Source: an uncultured Acidobacteriaceae bacterium
Lineage (GTDB): Bacteria > Acidobacteriota > Terriglobia > Terriglobales > Acidobacteriaceae
Assembly: GCA_964247715.1 (NCBI GenBank)
Contig: CAXTVJ010000005.1
Location: forward strand, 42,819-106,818
Direction: 5' to 3'
DNA: 64,000 bases
Shown piece after piece: positions 49,841 through 60,391 of the stretch. The first letter of the stretch is position 1, and each line of letters begins with the position of its first letter. The notes under the pieces were generated by a model. That model saw nothing but the letters and a program-made list of their open reading frames with translations, had not been told where the DNA came from and made no database searches. Position numbers and translations under genes: made by a program.

Positions 49841-52735
49841 TCACCTCGAGGGCGGAATTGCTTGCGTGGTTGTAGTGGGTGTGGGGGTAGCCGCTGCCGG
49901 AGTCGCCGCGCCTGTCGGAGCAACCGCCGGCACCAAACCGGTTCGCGGCGCGCTTATTGGAGTGCTGCTCCCGGCAAGGCCCGGAAGTCCGCGACGCGCA
50001 CCCGCCGATACGGCGTTCTCCGCTTCGATCGGCATCGTCACGGTGTTGGCCGGCTTAGGATCGTCGCGCAGGCGGAGATAGAACGTCGCCGGAACCATGG
50101 CTTTGGCCGCGCCGGCCGGTACGGGGGGGTGCGGGATCGCCAGCGCCGGCTCAACGAAGCCGTCCGGAACCGGCGTTGCCGTGGTGAACGCGTCATCGGT
50201 CGAGACCGAGTCGATCAGAAACAGGCCCGTCCCGGATAGCAGGCACGACTGCGTCGATGGCAACGGGCACTTCAGATCCGTCAGCTCCGGCAATCGCACC
50301 AGGTTCGCCAGCGGAAGCCACTCGCCCGGCGTCCCGTCTCCCGCGACTGCCCGCATGCGGAATGGCCCAAAGGTCGACGGTCCGAAGAGCTTCAGGGGGT
50401 CGAGCGTCGCCAACACGGTGTGATTGTCCTCAAGCACCAGCGAACCGGCCGCGATCGAGAGCACTGTCTTGAGCGGAGGATCGCCCGCCGCATCTCCCGT
50501 GGCTGCACTCTCGATCTCGATCTGCTCGTTGCGCTGGAACTTCTCCTTCGATTTTAGAAAGAAGGTCAACTGCGCCCCCAGGGGAATATCGTCCGGCGAG
50601 GCCAGCTGGATCGGCGTCGGAATGGGCAGCGTGAACCGGCGGCTCAGCAGCGAGACGACCGGACGCGCGGGCAGGATCGTGGCCGCTGCTTCGAGCGTTC
50701 GCCCGTCTTCCAGATGCACCTCGGCCGTGACCCTGTCGCTTGCCTTAAACGAGGGTGACCGGGTGTCCGCCGGCAACTGCAGCGCGAGTCCCCCGCTCGC
50801 ATCAGCCTCGTCTCCGCTCGCGGCGGGAGTATAGGTGAACTCGTGCTTGTCGCTGGAGAGCGTCACGGTCTTCACCTGATCGAGCGTGGTGCCGGTCAAC
50901 AGGGCATCCGTATCGCCCGCGTGGATTCTCAGCGATTCAATCTTCGCCGGCTCCGAGAAGACCTTCGTCCCCAGCTGCTCGGGCTGCTTCGCGCCGAACT
51001 GCTGAATCGTCAGCGAGATCTGTCCTGTCCGGCTGTCGTGCTGCAGATTGAGCGTGACATCCACCGGCTCGACTTTCGGCACTACGGGGCCGCTGGACGG
51101 AGGCATTTCGACCGCCAGCGGTGTCTGCGGCGGTTTCGGAGGCGCGGAAAGCTTCCAGTCGACCTTGCCGCCTGCAGGCTCAAGCGCGATGGACTCCACG
51201 CAGGCCGTGCCTGTCGCCTGGAGTTGCACATGATTCGGCTTGCCCGCGATCAGTACCGTCGGCGTCTCCGGCGAAGTGACGATCCGCCAGCCCTGCCCGG
51301 GCACGTTCTGCAGAGGAAGCGTCGGCCCGGTATACGCGTTGAAGCCCCAGTAGCCCTTGATCGTACCCGTGATCGGATCGCCCGGCTGCTTCGGCGCAAC
51401 CACTGGAGCACCTGCCGGCTTGGTCGACGGGGATGCGGCAGAAGCACCCGGCACCGGGGTCAGCATGGCATCATCCGGCCCGGCATTCGCTGTTTTATCA
51501 AACGGCAGCACCCGCCGCTTCGAGGGGTTGGGATCAATCACCAGCCCGCCGTGATAGGCATCCGCGGTCAGCGGCAGATCGAGCGCGGACGCCCCGTTCT
51601 TGCCGGGCGGCACATTCAAGTGCAGCACCAGATCGTGCGCGTAGGAGGTCGAAAACACCAGCGGCGCGCCATCGATCGAAAGCGCCACGTTGGGGTCCAG
51701 CAGACAGCTGATCTTGTACGGCTGGACCGGACGCAGCGGCGGCAGCGTCGCTTTCTGCACCGAAGGCAGCCCGATCACGATGACCGACTTTGGATTGTGG
51801 AACGACGGCGGGGTGTTCAGCCGCAGATTCAACGTCTCGCTGGGCGCATTCGCGTCGGCATCGGCATCCGGAAACGTGATCGCCGGAATGTAGCGATACT
51901 GCGCCGTATGCAGACTGCTGGTCAAACGCACCAGATCAACGATCGCCCCGATATACGCGGAAAAATTGCCCCCACCGGCGATCTGCGTATAGCTCGCCTG
52001 GTTGATGAAGTCCGATCCCGGACCGTTGGACAGGGCGGCCACCACCGACTGTCCATGCCCGTCATCGAGGAGCGTCTGCGTCCCGGACTGCGTCAGGCAG
52101 TTGTACTGCTGGTCGACGGGACGCTTGAAGCAATCGGGATTCGGCTTCAGCGCGAGGGTACGCGCCAACAGGTTCGAGTGCTCCTGCAGCGCGGCGGGAT
52201 CGCCCGGCGGCACCTTCCTGATCTCGTCGAGATATTTCTCGATGCGTGCCTGCTCGAAGCCGGCTTCTATCAGGTCCTGCGAGGCCCGCACGAAGATCCC
52301 CGGCGTGCCTCTCACCGCGGAGCGCAGGGTCGAGAAGTCGCCGCCCGTCTCCGGCGCCAGGAACAGAATCGCCTGTTGCGCGTCCTGCGGCACGGTGATC
52401 GAAACACCCTCTTCGCGGACTTTCTTATTCCACGTGTCGATCCGGGTAAACCAGTCGTCCGGCGGGGGATTGGTGGTTCCGCGCAGGAAGGCCGCGATCA
52501 AGAGATAGTGAACGGATTGGGTGGAAGGAAAGTCGGGATGCACCCAGAGCACGTCGCCGGGCAACAGGTTCGGCACCGCCGCTACAGGCAGCGTCACTGC
52601 CCCGCGGGTGACGCGGATATCGATCTTCGGTCCCTCCAGATCGAACCGCGCCTGTCCCTCCATCCAAGAGAAACACGTGCAGAACAAGAGAAGCAGAAGT
52701 GCAGGGAACCGAAGGCTGCGGGGAGACTTCGCCAT
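49841..52735 (-). CDS. Large secreted hypothetical protein (~964 aa)
   Basis: Long ORF, N-terminal signal peptide, beta-rich segments with Pro/Ala/Thr linkers; no catalytic motif recognised. Confidence 0.8.
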   Translation of the reverse strand: MAKSPRSLRFPALLLLLFCTCFSWMEGQARFDLEGPKIDIRVTRGAVTLPVAAVPNLLPGDVLWVHPDFPSTQSVHYLLIAAFLRGTTNPPPDDWFTRIDTWNKKVREEGVSITVPQDAQQAILFLAPETGGDFSTLRSAVRGTPGIFVRASQDLIEAGFEQARIEKYLDEIRKVPPGDPAALQEHSNLLARTLALKPNPDCFKRPVDQQYNCLTQSGTQTLLDDGHGQSVVAALSNGPGSDFINQASYTQIAGGGNFSAYIGAIVDLVRLTSSLHTAQYRYIPAITFPDADADANAPSETLNLRLNTPPSFHNPKSVIVIGLPSVQKATLPPLRPVQPYKISCLLDPNVALSIDGAPLVFSTSYAHDLVLHLNVPPGKNGASALDLPLTADAYHGGLVIDPNPSKRRVLPFDKTANAGPDDAMLTPVPGASAASPSTKPAGAPVVAPKQPGDPITGTIKGYWGFNAYTGPTLPLQNVPGQGWRIVTSPETPTVLIAGKPNHVQLQATGTACVESIALEPAGGKVDWKLSAPPKPPQTPLAVEMPPSSGPVVPKVEPVDVTLNLQHDSRTGQISLTIQQFGAKQPEQLGTKVFSEPAKIESLRIHAGDTDALLTGTTLDQVKTVTLSSDKHEFTYTPAASGDEADASGGLALQLPADTRSPSFKASDRVTAEVHLEDGRTLEAAATILPARPVVSLLSRRFTLPIPTPIQLASPDDIPLGAQLTFFLKSKEKFQRNEQIEIESAATGDAAGDPPLKTVLSIAAGSLVLEDNHTVLATLDPLKLFGPSTFGPFRMRAVAGDGTPGEWLPLANLVRLPELTDLKCPLPSTQSCLLSGTGLFLIDSVSTDDAFTTATPVPDGFVEPALAIPHPPVPAGAAKAMVPATFYLRLRDDPKPANTVTMPIEAENAVSAGARRGLPGLAGSSTPISAPRTGLVPAVAPTGAATPAAATPTPTTTTQAIPPSR

Positions 52736-52864
52736 ACTCAAAGTTTAGACGCAGCCGCGTCCACCCATGCCGCATTGACTCCGGTCGGTTCCTCGCGTCA
52801 GTGCGCTTCGTTCATTGCAGCCAGCCGGGCAAAGTGTGTAAATGACCCGCCGCAGGCTCAGATG

Positions 52865-53429
52865 CTATTCCGACGCGCCCGAAACTCCGGCCTGCGCCCG
52901 TCGCTCCATCCACTCCAGTTCCGCCCAGATCGCGGCGACTCCAATCCCAATCTTTGTGCCGCCAACGCTGAGTCGTCCCTCAGTCTCCTGCAGCACGCCG
53001 TGAGTGTCTGCGGTGTACGCGAGTCTGCGCCAGGGGTCCACCACCCAGATCGCCGGCACCCCCATGCGCGCATAGTCCTCGATCCGGTTCGCGTACACGG
53101 CTCATGCGATCTTCACTGGAGAGAATCTCCACGCAGAGGATGGGGGGCGTCCTCACAATTCGTTCGTCAGGATTTGGAAGCTTTGCGAGCATGACATCCG
53201 GAATGCGAAAACGCCGTGGTCCCACCTGAACCCGCTGCTCCGGCAACACCTCGACCTGCAACTCCTCTTCATGCTGCGCGAGGAAGAGGAGAAAGAACAT
53301 CTGTAACCGTGCGTGCGGCTTTTCGCCCAGGTTTCTCTCGAGCACCTCGCCGTCGATGTAGTCGCAGTCGGGCCGGTAGCTGGTGCGGAGATACTCTTCC
53401 ACCGAGATAAGGGTCTGAGTTGTCGCCAT
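52865..53429 (-). pseudogene. Uma2-family (PD-(D/E)xK) endonuclease with 1-bp frameshift
   Basis: SVEEYLRTSYRPDCDYIDG..RIPDV..CVEILSSEDR, then IEDYARMGVPAIWVVDP in another frame; extra base near 53086. Confidence 0.85.
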
Positions 53430-53496
53430 CAATCGCCTCCGTTGCCCTTCAGCATACGCGCGTCCAGCTTTCACATACCCGCAAAGCGACCGACAC

Positions 53497-53907
53497 TCAA
53501 CCCCAGAAATCCTCCGGCAGATTGACCACGATCGGTTCAGCTGTCGAACGGATCACGATCCAGCGGAAGGGAGCGGTGCTCGACGGATTGATCTCCCGGT
53601 GCACCAGACGCACGGGAATATGGAGGAAGTCGCCAGTCCGAGCCGTCACCTCATCTTCGCCATGCTCGCCCCACTGTACCCGCGACTCGCCTTCGAGTAC
53701 ATACACGACCGTCTCCTGCTCGCCGTGGTGGTGGATTCCGGTCCGCGCGCCCGGCTCCACAAAGAAGGTGCCCGCCCACAGGCCGGCCGTAACGCCGGTC
53801 TCACGCGCGATAGCCGCCAGCCGCTCCGACCCTGAGGTCTGCTGCGTGCCCGCTAAAAACTTCTCCGGCTGAACGAGGCTGACGGTCGCTTCCGCGTTCT
53901 TCTTCAT
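53497..53907 (-). CDS. Cupin domain protein
   Basis: TGIHHHGEQETVVYVLEG, GDFLHIPVRLVHREIN. Confidence 0.9.
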   Translation of the reverse strand: MKKNAEATVSLVQPEKFLAGTQQTSGSERLAAIARETGVTAGLWAGTFFVEPGARTGIHHHGEQETVVYVLEGESRVQWGEHGEDEVTARTGDFLHIPVRLVHREINPSSTAPFRWIVIRSTAEPIVVNLPEDFWG

Positions 53908-53915
53908 ACAGCAAC

Positions 53916-53940
53916 GGATGCGCGCTGCCGAAAACCGATT
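53916..53940 (-). promoter_or_regulatory. Putative alternative-sigma promoter AATCG-N14-GCATCC
   Basis: 8 nt upstream of the cupin ATG, no SD; same geometry as the sites at 16836 and 63264. Confidence 0.4.
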
Positions 53941-53948
53941 CGCCTGCC

Positions 53949-53975
53949 AAGAAAAAGGCCCGCCGCAGCGAGCCC
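53949..53975 (-). terminator. Intrinsic terminator after the ABC ATPase gene
   Basis: Minus strand GGCTCGC-tgcg-GCGGGCC followed by TTTTTCTT. Confidence 0.75.
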
Positions 53976-53979
53976 TGGT

Positions 53980-54741
53980 CTATTCCGCCTTCAGATGTCG
54001 CGGCGAAGGGTGATCGCTCGCGATGACTCCGTCGCGGATCGTGACCACACGATGCGCGTATTCGGCGATATCGGGCTCGTGCGTCACCAGAACGATCGTG
54101 TTGCCGCGCGCGTGCAGTTCATCGAACAGCGCCATGATCTCGTCGCCCGTCTTCGAATCCAGATTGCCGGTCGGCTCGTCGGCCAGGATGATCGACGGGT
54201 GGTTTACCAGCGCCCGCGCGATGGCAACGCGCTGCCGCTGCCCGCCCGAGAGCTCATTTGGCTTGTGCATCATGCGCGTTCCGAGATTGACGCTCTCAAG
54301 CATCTCTTTCGCGCGTCTGGTCCGCTCCGCTGCCGGCGTGCCGTTGTAGATCAGCGGAAGCTCCACATTGTGCAGCGAGGTTGCGCGCGCCAGCAGGTTG
54401 AACGTCTGGAAGACGAAGCCGATCTCCTTATTCCGGATACGCGCCAGCTCGTCGTCGTTCAATCCGGAGACGTCGTGCCCGTTGAGCCAGTACTGGCCCT
54501 CGGTCGCCGTGTCGAGGCAGCCGATCAGGTTCATCAGCGTCGATTTTCCGGATCCTGAAGGGCCCATGATCGCGACATACTCGTTATGCCGGATGCGCAG
54601 ATTGACGCCGCGCAGCGCGTGCACCTGCTGATCGCCCATCTCGTACGTCTTCCACAGATTGCTGGCGACGATTACCTCACCCGCGAGCGGGCCTGCGTCA
54701 CTTACGACTGCGGGTTGTTCCATCTGCGCGGCGGTTGCCAT
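53980..54741 (-). CDS. ABC ATP-binding protein (LolD/MacB-like)
   Basis: [28 protein letters not shown]. Confidence 0.95.
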   Translation of the reverse strand: MATAAQMEQPAVVSDAGPLAGEVIVASNLWKTYEMGDQQVHALRGVNLRIRHNEYVAIMGPSGSGKSTLMNLIGCLDTATEGQYWLNGHDVSGLNDDELARIRNKEIGFVFQTFNLLARATSLHNVELPLIYNGTPAAERTRRAKEMLESVNLGTRMMHKPNELSGGQRQRVAIARALVNHPSIILADEPTGNLDSKTGDEIMALFDELHARGNTIVLVTHEPDIAEYAHRVVTIRDGVIASDHPSPRHLKAE

Positions 54742-54809
54742 CTTTTCACTCCCCGTTCGTTGCAATTCCAATGCACTCCTGGCGATTGAATCCGTTAACC
54801 GCATCCTCG

Positions 54810-56237
54810 TCAGGACGAACTGTCGTCCCCCGAGGACGTCGTCGTCTCCGCCGAGTTGTCCACCTTCACCAGCGTCCCGCTTTTCAGCGAACGCAATACC
54901 CGGTATCGTCCCGTCACCAGCGTGTCTCCCGGTTGGACGCCGCTCACCACCTCAATGTCCGTCGCGCCCGTGATCCCCGTCGTCACCGGCACGAAGTCGA
55001 CCCGCTGTTTATGGCGATCCGCGCGCAGCACATAGACGCCCTGCACCGCATCCGACTTGCCCGACGCGGCAGCGGCCGAGACGGTGGAGCCCCTGCCCGC
55101 GCCCGGCTTGCCCGCATGTTCAAACAGCGCCTTCTCCACCGCCGGATTGCGCTGCACCAGAGCCTGGATCGGGATCACGATGGCACTTGCCCGCCGCGCC
55201 GTCGTAATCTTCGCCGTTGCAGAAAGTCCGGGACGCAGCCCCTGCTCGTTGTTCGCGCCCACGCCATCCAGCGTCACAATCACTTTGAAGTCCTTCGCCT
55301 CTTCGGTGCCGGTGGTGGACTGCGTGGTCGACTGTCCTGTTGTCCGCAGCAGCGCCTGATCGCCCACCTCGGTCACCCGCCCATGGAAGGTGTGGCCGGG
55401 CAGCGCGTCCACCGTCACCTCCGCCGGCTGTCCCAGCGAGAGATTCACGATGTCCGTCTCATCCACTTTCACCTCGGCCGTGATCACCGACATATCCGCG
55501 ATCGTCATGAGGGTGGAACCTTCGGCATTCTGGATGCCCGTCACCATCGTCTCGCCCTCGCGCACCGGAATATTCGTCACCAGTCCGTCATACGGAGCGC
55601 GGCTCACCGTCTTATCCAGCGCGTCATAGTTCGAGCGCTGACTCGCGACCGCCTGCTTTACCCGTGCCTGTTGCGAGGCGATCGTCGCCTTCGCCTGCTG
55701 ATCTGACGCCACGCGCTGCGCCAGAGTCGCCACCGCGCTGTCGTACGAGGCTTTCTTGGCGTCAAAATCCTGCTTCGCGATCAGCTGATCCTGATACAGC
55801 GCCTGCGCCCGGTTGTAATCCAGCTTGCGCTGCTCGAGGTCCGCCTTTGCGGCGTCGATGTTTGCCTTGGCCGTAGCCTCCGCCGCCACATCCGCGTTCA
55901 CATCCGTCTGGGTGGAGGAGATCGTCGCCTGCTGCGCTGCGACGGTCGCCGTCGGCTGCACATTCTCGAGTGTCGCCAGCGTCTGTCCCTTGCGGACGTG
56001 ATCGCCTTCCTTGACCTCCAGATGAGTGATCCGGCCGAACGCCGTCGCGCCGATGTTGACATAGGTCTTCGGCTTGATCTGCCCGGTGCCGCTCACCACC
56101 GAGATCAACTCCTGACGGCTTACCTGCTGGGTCTGGACCTTGGTCACATTGGACTGGCTCTTCCAGATGGAAAGCCCGGCAACGACTCCCAGAGCCACCA
56201 CCACGCCCACGACGATCAGGATCTTCTTCACGCTCAT
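54810..56237 (-). CDS. MacA/HlyD-type periplasmic adaptor
   Basis: N-terminal [13 protein letters not shown], coiled coil, RAPYDG, VDETDI, LRPGLSA. Confidence 0.92.
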   Translation of the reverse strand: MSVKKILIVVGVVVALGVVAGLSIWKSQSNVTKVQTQQVSRQELISVVSGTGQIKPKTYVNIGATAFGRITHLEVKEGDHVRKGQTLATLENVQPTATVAAQQATISSTQTDVNADVAAEATAKANIDAAKADLEQRKLDYNRAQALYQDQLIAKQDFDAKKASYDSAVATLAQRVASDQQAKATIASQQARVKQAVASQRSNYDALDKTVSRAPYDGLVTNIPVREGETMVTGIQNAEGSTLMTIADMSVITAEVKVDETDIVNLSLGQPAEVTVDALPGHTFHGRVTEVGDQALLRTTGQSTTQSTTGTEEAKDFKVIVTLDGVGANNEQGLRPGLSATAKITTARRASAIVIPIQALVQRNPAVEKALFEHAGKPGAGRGSTVSAAAASGKSDAVQGVYVLRADRHKQRVDFVPVTTGITGATDIEVVSGVQPGDTLVTGRYRVLRSLKSGTLVKVDNSAETTTSSGDDSSS

Positions 56238-56324
56238 CGGTCTATCGAACCTCAGGCTCTCCGGCCGTGTTCTCTGGGCGGCCCGGCACGCGGCTCGCCT
56301 GCTCTCGTGTGCTGATTGCCACCA

Positions 56325-56352
56325 TCTACGCAACCGTGCGCCCAAAGGTTCC
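56325..56352 (-). promoter_or_regulatory. Putative ECF promoter GGAACC-N16-CGTA
   Basis: Minus strand GGAACC tttgggcgcacggttg CGTAGA, upstream of the adaptor/ATPase operon. Confidence 0.65.
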
Positions 56353-56578
56353 GTGCCGGGCGACGTTCGCGAAATCAGTCACTGCGGGTGACTGTCTTTT
56401 CCTCATGCTTCCAGTCCAAGAGACTGCCGGCGGTATTCCGGCCCGGTTCGGCCCTCAGCCGTCAACGTACCCTCTGGTGCAAGGCGATGATAGCAGTGCG
56501 CGGATGCATGCGAGGGTTCGAATGTTGCGTTCCGGCTGGATAAAATTTCGCTTATTATCGTCTGCAGGGGTTTCCTCC

Positions 56579-58312
56579 ATGTTTGCTGATCGCCGATTTT
56601 TCCGTTCCCGCATTCTCCCGGTCTTCGCAGTTGCTCTTCTGGCCTGCGCCGGAGCTCATCCGGCAGCGGCGCAGACGCCCGGAGACGGCGTGACGAAAGT
56701 TCCAGTGCAGCCCGATGTACCGGATCCCACCCAGCGGCCCCGCACGGACAGGGAAAAAATTCAGCAGAATAAGGCCATGCGCCAGGAGCTTAAGGGCTCC
56801 TATAAAACCTGGGTCGAGCAGGACGTGCGCTGGATCATCACCGATGAAGAGCTGCAGGCGTTCAAGCATCTCTCCAACGATGAAGAGCGCGACCAGTTCA
56901 TCGAGAACTTCTGGCTGCGCCGCAATCCTAACCCCGACTCTCCCGAGAACGAGTTCCGCGAAGAGCATTACGCCCGCATCGCTTATGCCAATGAGCATTT
57001 TGCGGCGGGTAAGGCGGGCTGGCGCACCGATCGCGGCCACATCTATATTGCTTTCGGCAAGCCCGACTCGATCGACGCGCACCCGTCCGGCGGATCCTAC
57101 AATCGGCCCATGGAAGAGGGCGGCGGCGAGACCTCCACCTTTCCGTTCGAGGTCTGGCACTACCGCTACCTTGAAGGCATCGGCGACAACATCGATATTG
57201 AGTTTGTCGACACCTGCCAGTGCGGCGACTACCACATGACGATCGACCGCTCCGAAAAGGACGCGCTCAAGTACACGCCGGGCGCCGGCCTCACCCTGTT
57301 CGAAGAGACCGGACAATCCAATAAGGCGGACCGTTTCTCCAGCGGCGGACTGGAGCAGCTCGGCAAGGGGCCGATGTCGGCCAACAATCAGTCCAAGCAG
57401 TTCGACCGGCTCAGCACGTTCGCGAAGCTGGAGGCACCTCCCGTCATCAAGTTCAAGGATCTCGAGAGCTATATGGTCACCTCGAAGATCCTTACCGGTC
57501 CGCCGTTCCTGTTCGATGTCCGCACCGACTATGTCAAGGTCACCAACGACACCGTGCTGGTGCCGCTGACGCTGCAGATCCACAACAGCGACATTACCTA
57601 CAACACCAAAGACGGCGTCTCCACCGGCACCGTCAACATTCTCGGGCGCGTTTCCTCGGTTGCCGGGCGCGTGCTGCAGACGTTCGAGGACACCGTAGCC
57701 GTGCAGGTGCCCAGCGAGCTTCTGAATCGCGAGGAGAAGAAGCAGTCCGTCTACTGGAAATCCTTCCCGCTGCGTCCCGGCCTCTATAAGGTCGACGTGG
57801 TGATCAAGGACGTCAACAATCCGGACCACGTCGGGCGCTGGCAGCGTTCGGTCAATGTGCCGAAGTACGACGACGACCAGCTCGGACACTCGTCGCTGAT
57901 CCTGGCCGACAACATGTACCGTGTACCCACGAAGGATATCGGCGCAGGAAACTTCGTTATCGGCAACACGCACATCACGCCGCGCGTCGCCGCCGGCGGA
58001 GCCGTCCCGGTCATCTTCCACCGCAACCAGAACCTGAACTTCTGGATGCAGCTCTACAACCTCGGCATTGGGGACAACAAGCAGAACGACGCGACCATCG
58101 AGTACCAGATCACCGATCTCGCCAGCAACAAGACCGTCCTCGACAGCTCGGAAAAGACGGTCAGAATCAATCCCAACGCCGATCAGGTCACCCTTGAAAA
58201 GACACTTCCGCTCGCCGGCATGCAGCCCGGCAAGTATCAGGTCTCCATCAAAGTTAATGACGGCGTGACGAAGCAGCAGACCACCGAGTCGGCGAAATTC
58301 GAAGTCGACTAG
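56579..58312 (+). CDS. GWxTD domain-containing secreted protein
   Basis: Signal peptide; FIENFWLRRNP, EEHYARIAYANEHF, GWRTDRGHIYI.FGKPD. Confidence 0.9.
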   Translation: MFADRRFFRSRILPVFAVALLACAGAHPAAAQTPGDGVTKVPVQPDVPDPTQRPRTDREKIQQNKAMRQELKGSYKTWVEQDVRWIITDEELQAFKHLSNDEERDQFIENFWLRRNPNPDSPENEFREEHYARIAYANEHFAAGKAGWRTDRGHIYIAFGKPDSIDAHPSGGSYNRPMEEGGGETSTFPFEVWHYRYLEGIGDNIDIEFVDTCQCGDYHMTIDRSEKDALKYTPGAGLTLFEETGQSNKADRFSSGGLEQLGKGPMSANNQSKQFDRLSTFAKLEAPPVIKFKDLESYMVTSKILTGPPFLFDVRTDYVKVTNDTVLVPLTLQIHNSDITYNTKDGVSTGTVNILGRVSSVAGRVLQTFEDTVAVQVPSELLNREEKKQSVYWKSFPLRPGLYKVDVVIKDVNNPDHVGRWQRSVNVPKYDDDQLGHSSLILADNMYRVPTKDIGAGNFVIGNTHITPRVAAGGAVPVIFHRNQNLNFWMQLYNLGIGDNKQNDATIEYQITDLASNKTVLDSSEKTVRINPNADQVTLEKTLPLAGMQPGKYQVSIKVNDGVTKQQTTESAKFEVD

Positions 58313-58442
58313 GCTGGGATCCACAGGCAGACGGGCGCGGATTCAAGGCACCCGGTACGGACACGCGGATACCGTTGCGATGGCCGGCCGAGAGTCCGCC
58401 CCGCATCAGGAGCGAAGGCCGTCGACGCGCAGAAGGAATACT

Positions 58443-60290
58443 GTGCAACGATCCCAGGGCAGATTGAATTCGGCCGCAGTCGCGACGCTCGCCTTGTGCG
58501 GAGCGATGCTCCTGGTCGCGCGTGAGGCCTCCGCTGCCGGACCAGGTTCGGGGGGGTCCGGAGCCTCCAACGCAGCCGGTAAGTCCTCCATCTCCGGCAT
58601 CGTGCGGGACGCCCAGGGCGTCGCGCAGATGGGCGCGCTGGTGCAGGTGCTCGCAGCCAACTCCATGACTGTCGCGATCGCCTTCACCGATCAGCGCGGG
58701 CACTACTCGGTCGCCAACCTCATCCCCGGACGGTACCTCGTTCGTGCCAGCGCGACCCTCTTCATTCCCGCTACCCGCAACAACCTTCAGCTCCGCAACG
58801 GGGCCAGCGCGGTCGTCAACCTGACCCTGGCGACCCTATTCGACACTGCTTCCTGGCTGCCGGCCGAGCGCCGCCGCGCGGACGAAGGCGACGAAGACTG
58901 GAAGTGGACCCTGCGCTCCACCGCCAACCGGCCGATCCTGCGCATGGTCGAGAGCGGGGAGGAGATCGAGGTCTCGTCGAGCGCCAGCGAGCGTCGCGAC
59001 CCGACCGAGGCCATGCAGGCCCGCGGAGCGATCGAGAGTGGCGATGGCGGCTTTGGTCAGGGCGGCGTCCATACCATCCTCACGGTTCATCGCGGGCTTG
59101 ATGACGGCTCGGAGATGACCTTGCGCGCCGACTTCGGCTCCTCCGCCGCGGGCGAGTCGGCCGATCCGCGCATGTCTGCCGCGGCCCCCGTTTCCGGTTC
59201 CGCGGGAAGCGAGTATGCGCTCGGTTACGAGAGCAAGACCGGCTTCGACGGAGGTGCCGCGCGCACCCTCGTCACCTACAAGTCTCATCCGGAGCTTGTT
59301 TCCGGCACGGGCGCGGGCTATGAAGTGATGGAGATGACCTCGGCGCAGCGCATGTCGCTGGGAGAGCGGGTGGAGATAGAGGCCGGAGGCCGCGTTGATG
59401 CGATTCGCACCTCCGCCAGCGGCATCGCGGCGCGCCCGTTTTTCCGGCTCAGTGCCCACCCCGGCGGAGCCTGGACGCTCGAATATGAACTCGCCACGGA
59501 CCGCAGCCTGCAGAGCTTTGGCGATGTCACTGACGGGCCCGGCGACATTCCTGTCGCGCTGGTCCAGAACGGGCGCCTTACGCTCGCGTCCGGGCACCAT
59601 CAGGAGGTCGCCGCTGGCCGCAGCGGCGAGGGCGGTGCCATTCGCCTTGCATTTTTCCGCGACGATTCGCATCAGACCGCGATTGCCGGCGGCGAACAGG
59701 CCTCCGCACCGGCGGGCGGTCTTTCCACGCTGGTCCCGACCGGCATACCGGCCGATATGCTTCTTGACCCCGCCACCGGCAGCTTTCGCGCGCTCGGCCA
59801 GGGATACGCTGCCGATGGCTTTCGTATCACCGCCAGCTCGCCCCTGACCGCCGGCCTCTGGGTCGCTGCGGAATACAGCGCGGGTGAGGCCCTCTCGGCA
59901 CCGGCGACGCTGAGTACCGGCGCGCCGCTCACCTTTGAGCAGGCCGTCAACTCGCTCGAGGTCCAAAAGTCGGAGTCCGCAACCCTTGCCCTCAAGGGGC
60001 GGCTCATCCACAGCGGAACCCGCGTCCGCGCCTCCTACCGGTGGCAACCTTCGCGCGGCGTGACGGCCGTCGACCCATACTCCGCCTTTGGCGATCAGGC
60101 CTATTTCAGCTGTCTGGTACGACAGCCCCTGCGCTGGCCGGGCCGCCTGCCCTCGGGTCTCGACGCCACCATCGATGTCACCAACCTGCTCGCGCAGGGC
60201 TACCGCCCCTTCCTCTCACCCGACGGCCAGACCCTCTACTTCGCGCAGGCGCCCCGCACCATCCAGGCGGGCCTCTCCTTCAACTTCTAG
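58443..60290 (+). CDS. Carboxypeptidase-regulatory-like domain protein, probable outer-membrane beta-barrel
   Basis: ISGIVRDAQG..TDQRGHYS..L.PGRY; C-terminal GLSFNF (BAM-type signal); GTG start after AGAAGGA. Confidence 0.75.
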   Translation: MQRSQGRLNSAAVATLALCGAMLLVAREASAAGPGSGGSGASNAAGKSSISGIVRDAQGVAQMGALVQVLAANSMTVAIAFTDQRGHYSVANLIPGRYLVRASATLFIPATRNNLQLRNGASAVVNLTLATLFDTASWLPAERRRADEGDEDWKWTLRSTANRPILRMVESGEEIEVSSSASERRDPTEAMQARGAIESGDGGFGQGGVHTILTVHRGLDDGSEMTLRADFGSSAAGESADPRMSAAAPVSGSAGSEYALGYESKTGFDGGAARTLVTYKSHPELVSGTGAGYEVMEMTSAQRMSLGERVEIEAGGRVDAIRTSASGIAARPFFRLSAHPGGAWTLEYELATDRSLQSFGDVTDGPGDIPVALVQNGRLTLASGHHQEVAAGRSGEGGAIRLAFFRDDSHQTAIAGGEQASAPAGGLSTLVPTGIPADMLLDPATGSFRALGQGYAADGFRITASSPLTAGLWVAAEYSAGEALSAPATLSTGAPLTFEQAVNSLEVQKSESATLALKGRLIHSGTRVRASYRWQPSRGVTAVDPYSAFGDQAYFSCLVRQPLRWPGRLPSGLDATIDVTNLLAQGYRPFLSPDGQTLYFAQAPRTIQAGLSFNF

Positions 60291-60391
60291 GTGCTCGCTG
60301 CATGAACGCGAAACTGGTTTGGCCGCAGATTGTCACTCCATGACTTCACTCCGCCTTAACCGTCTCGATTCCAGCTACGCTTGGCACTTGC

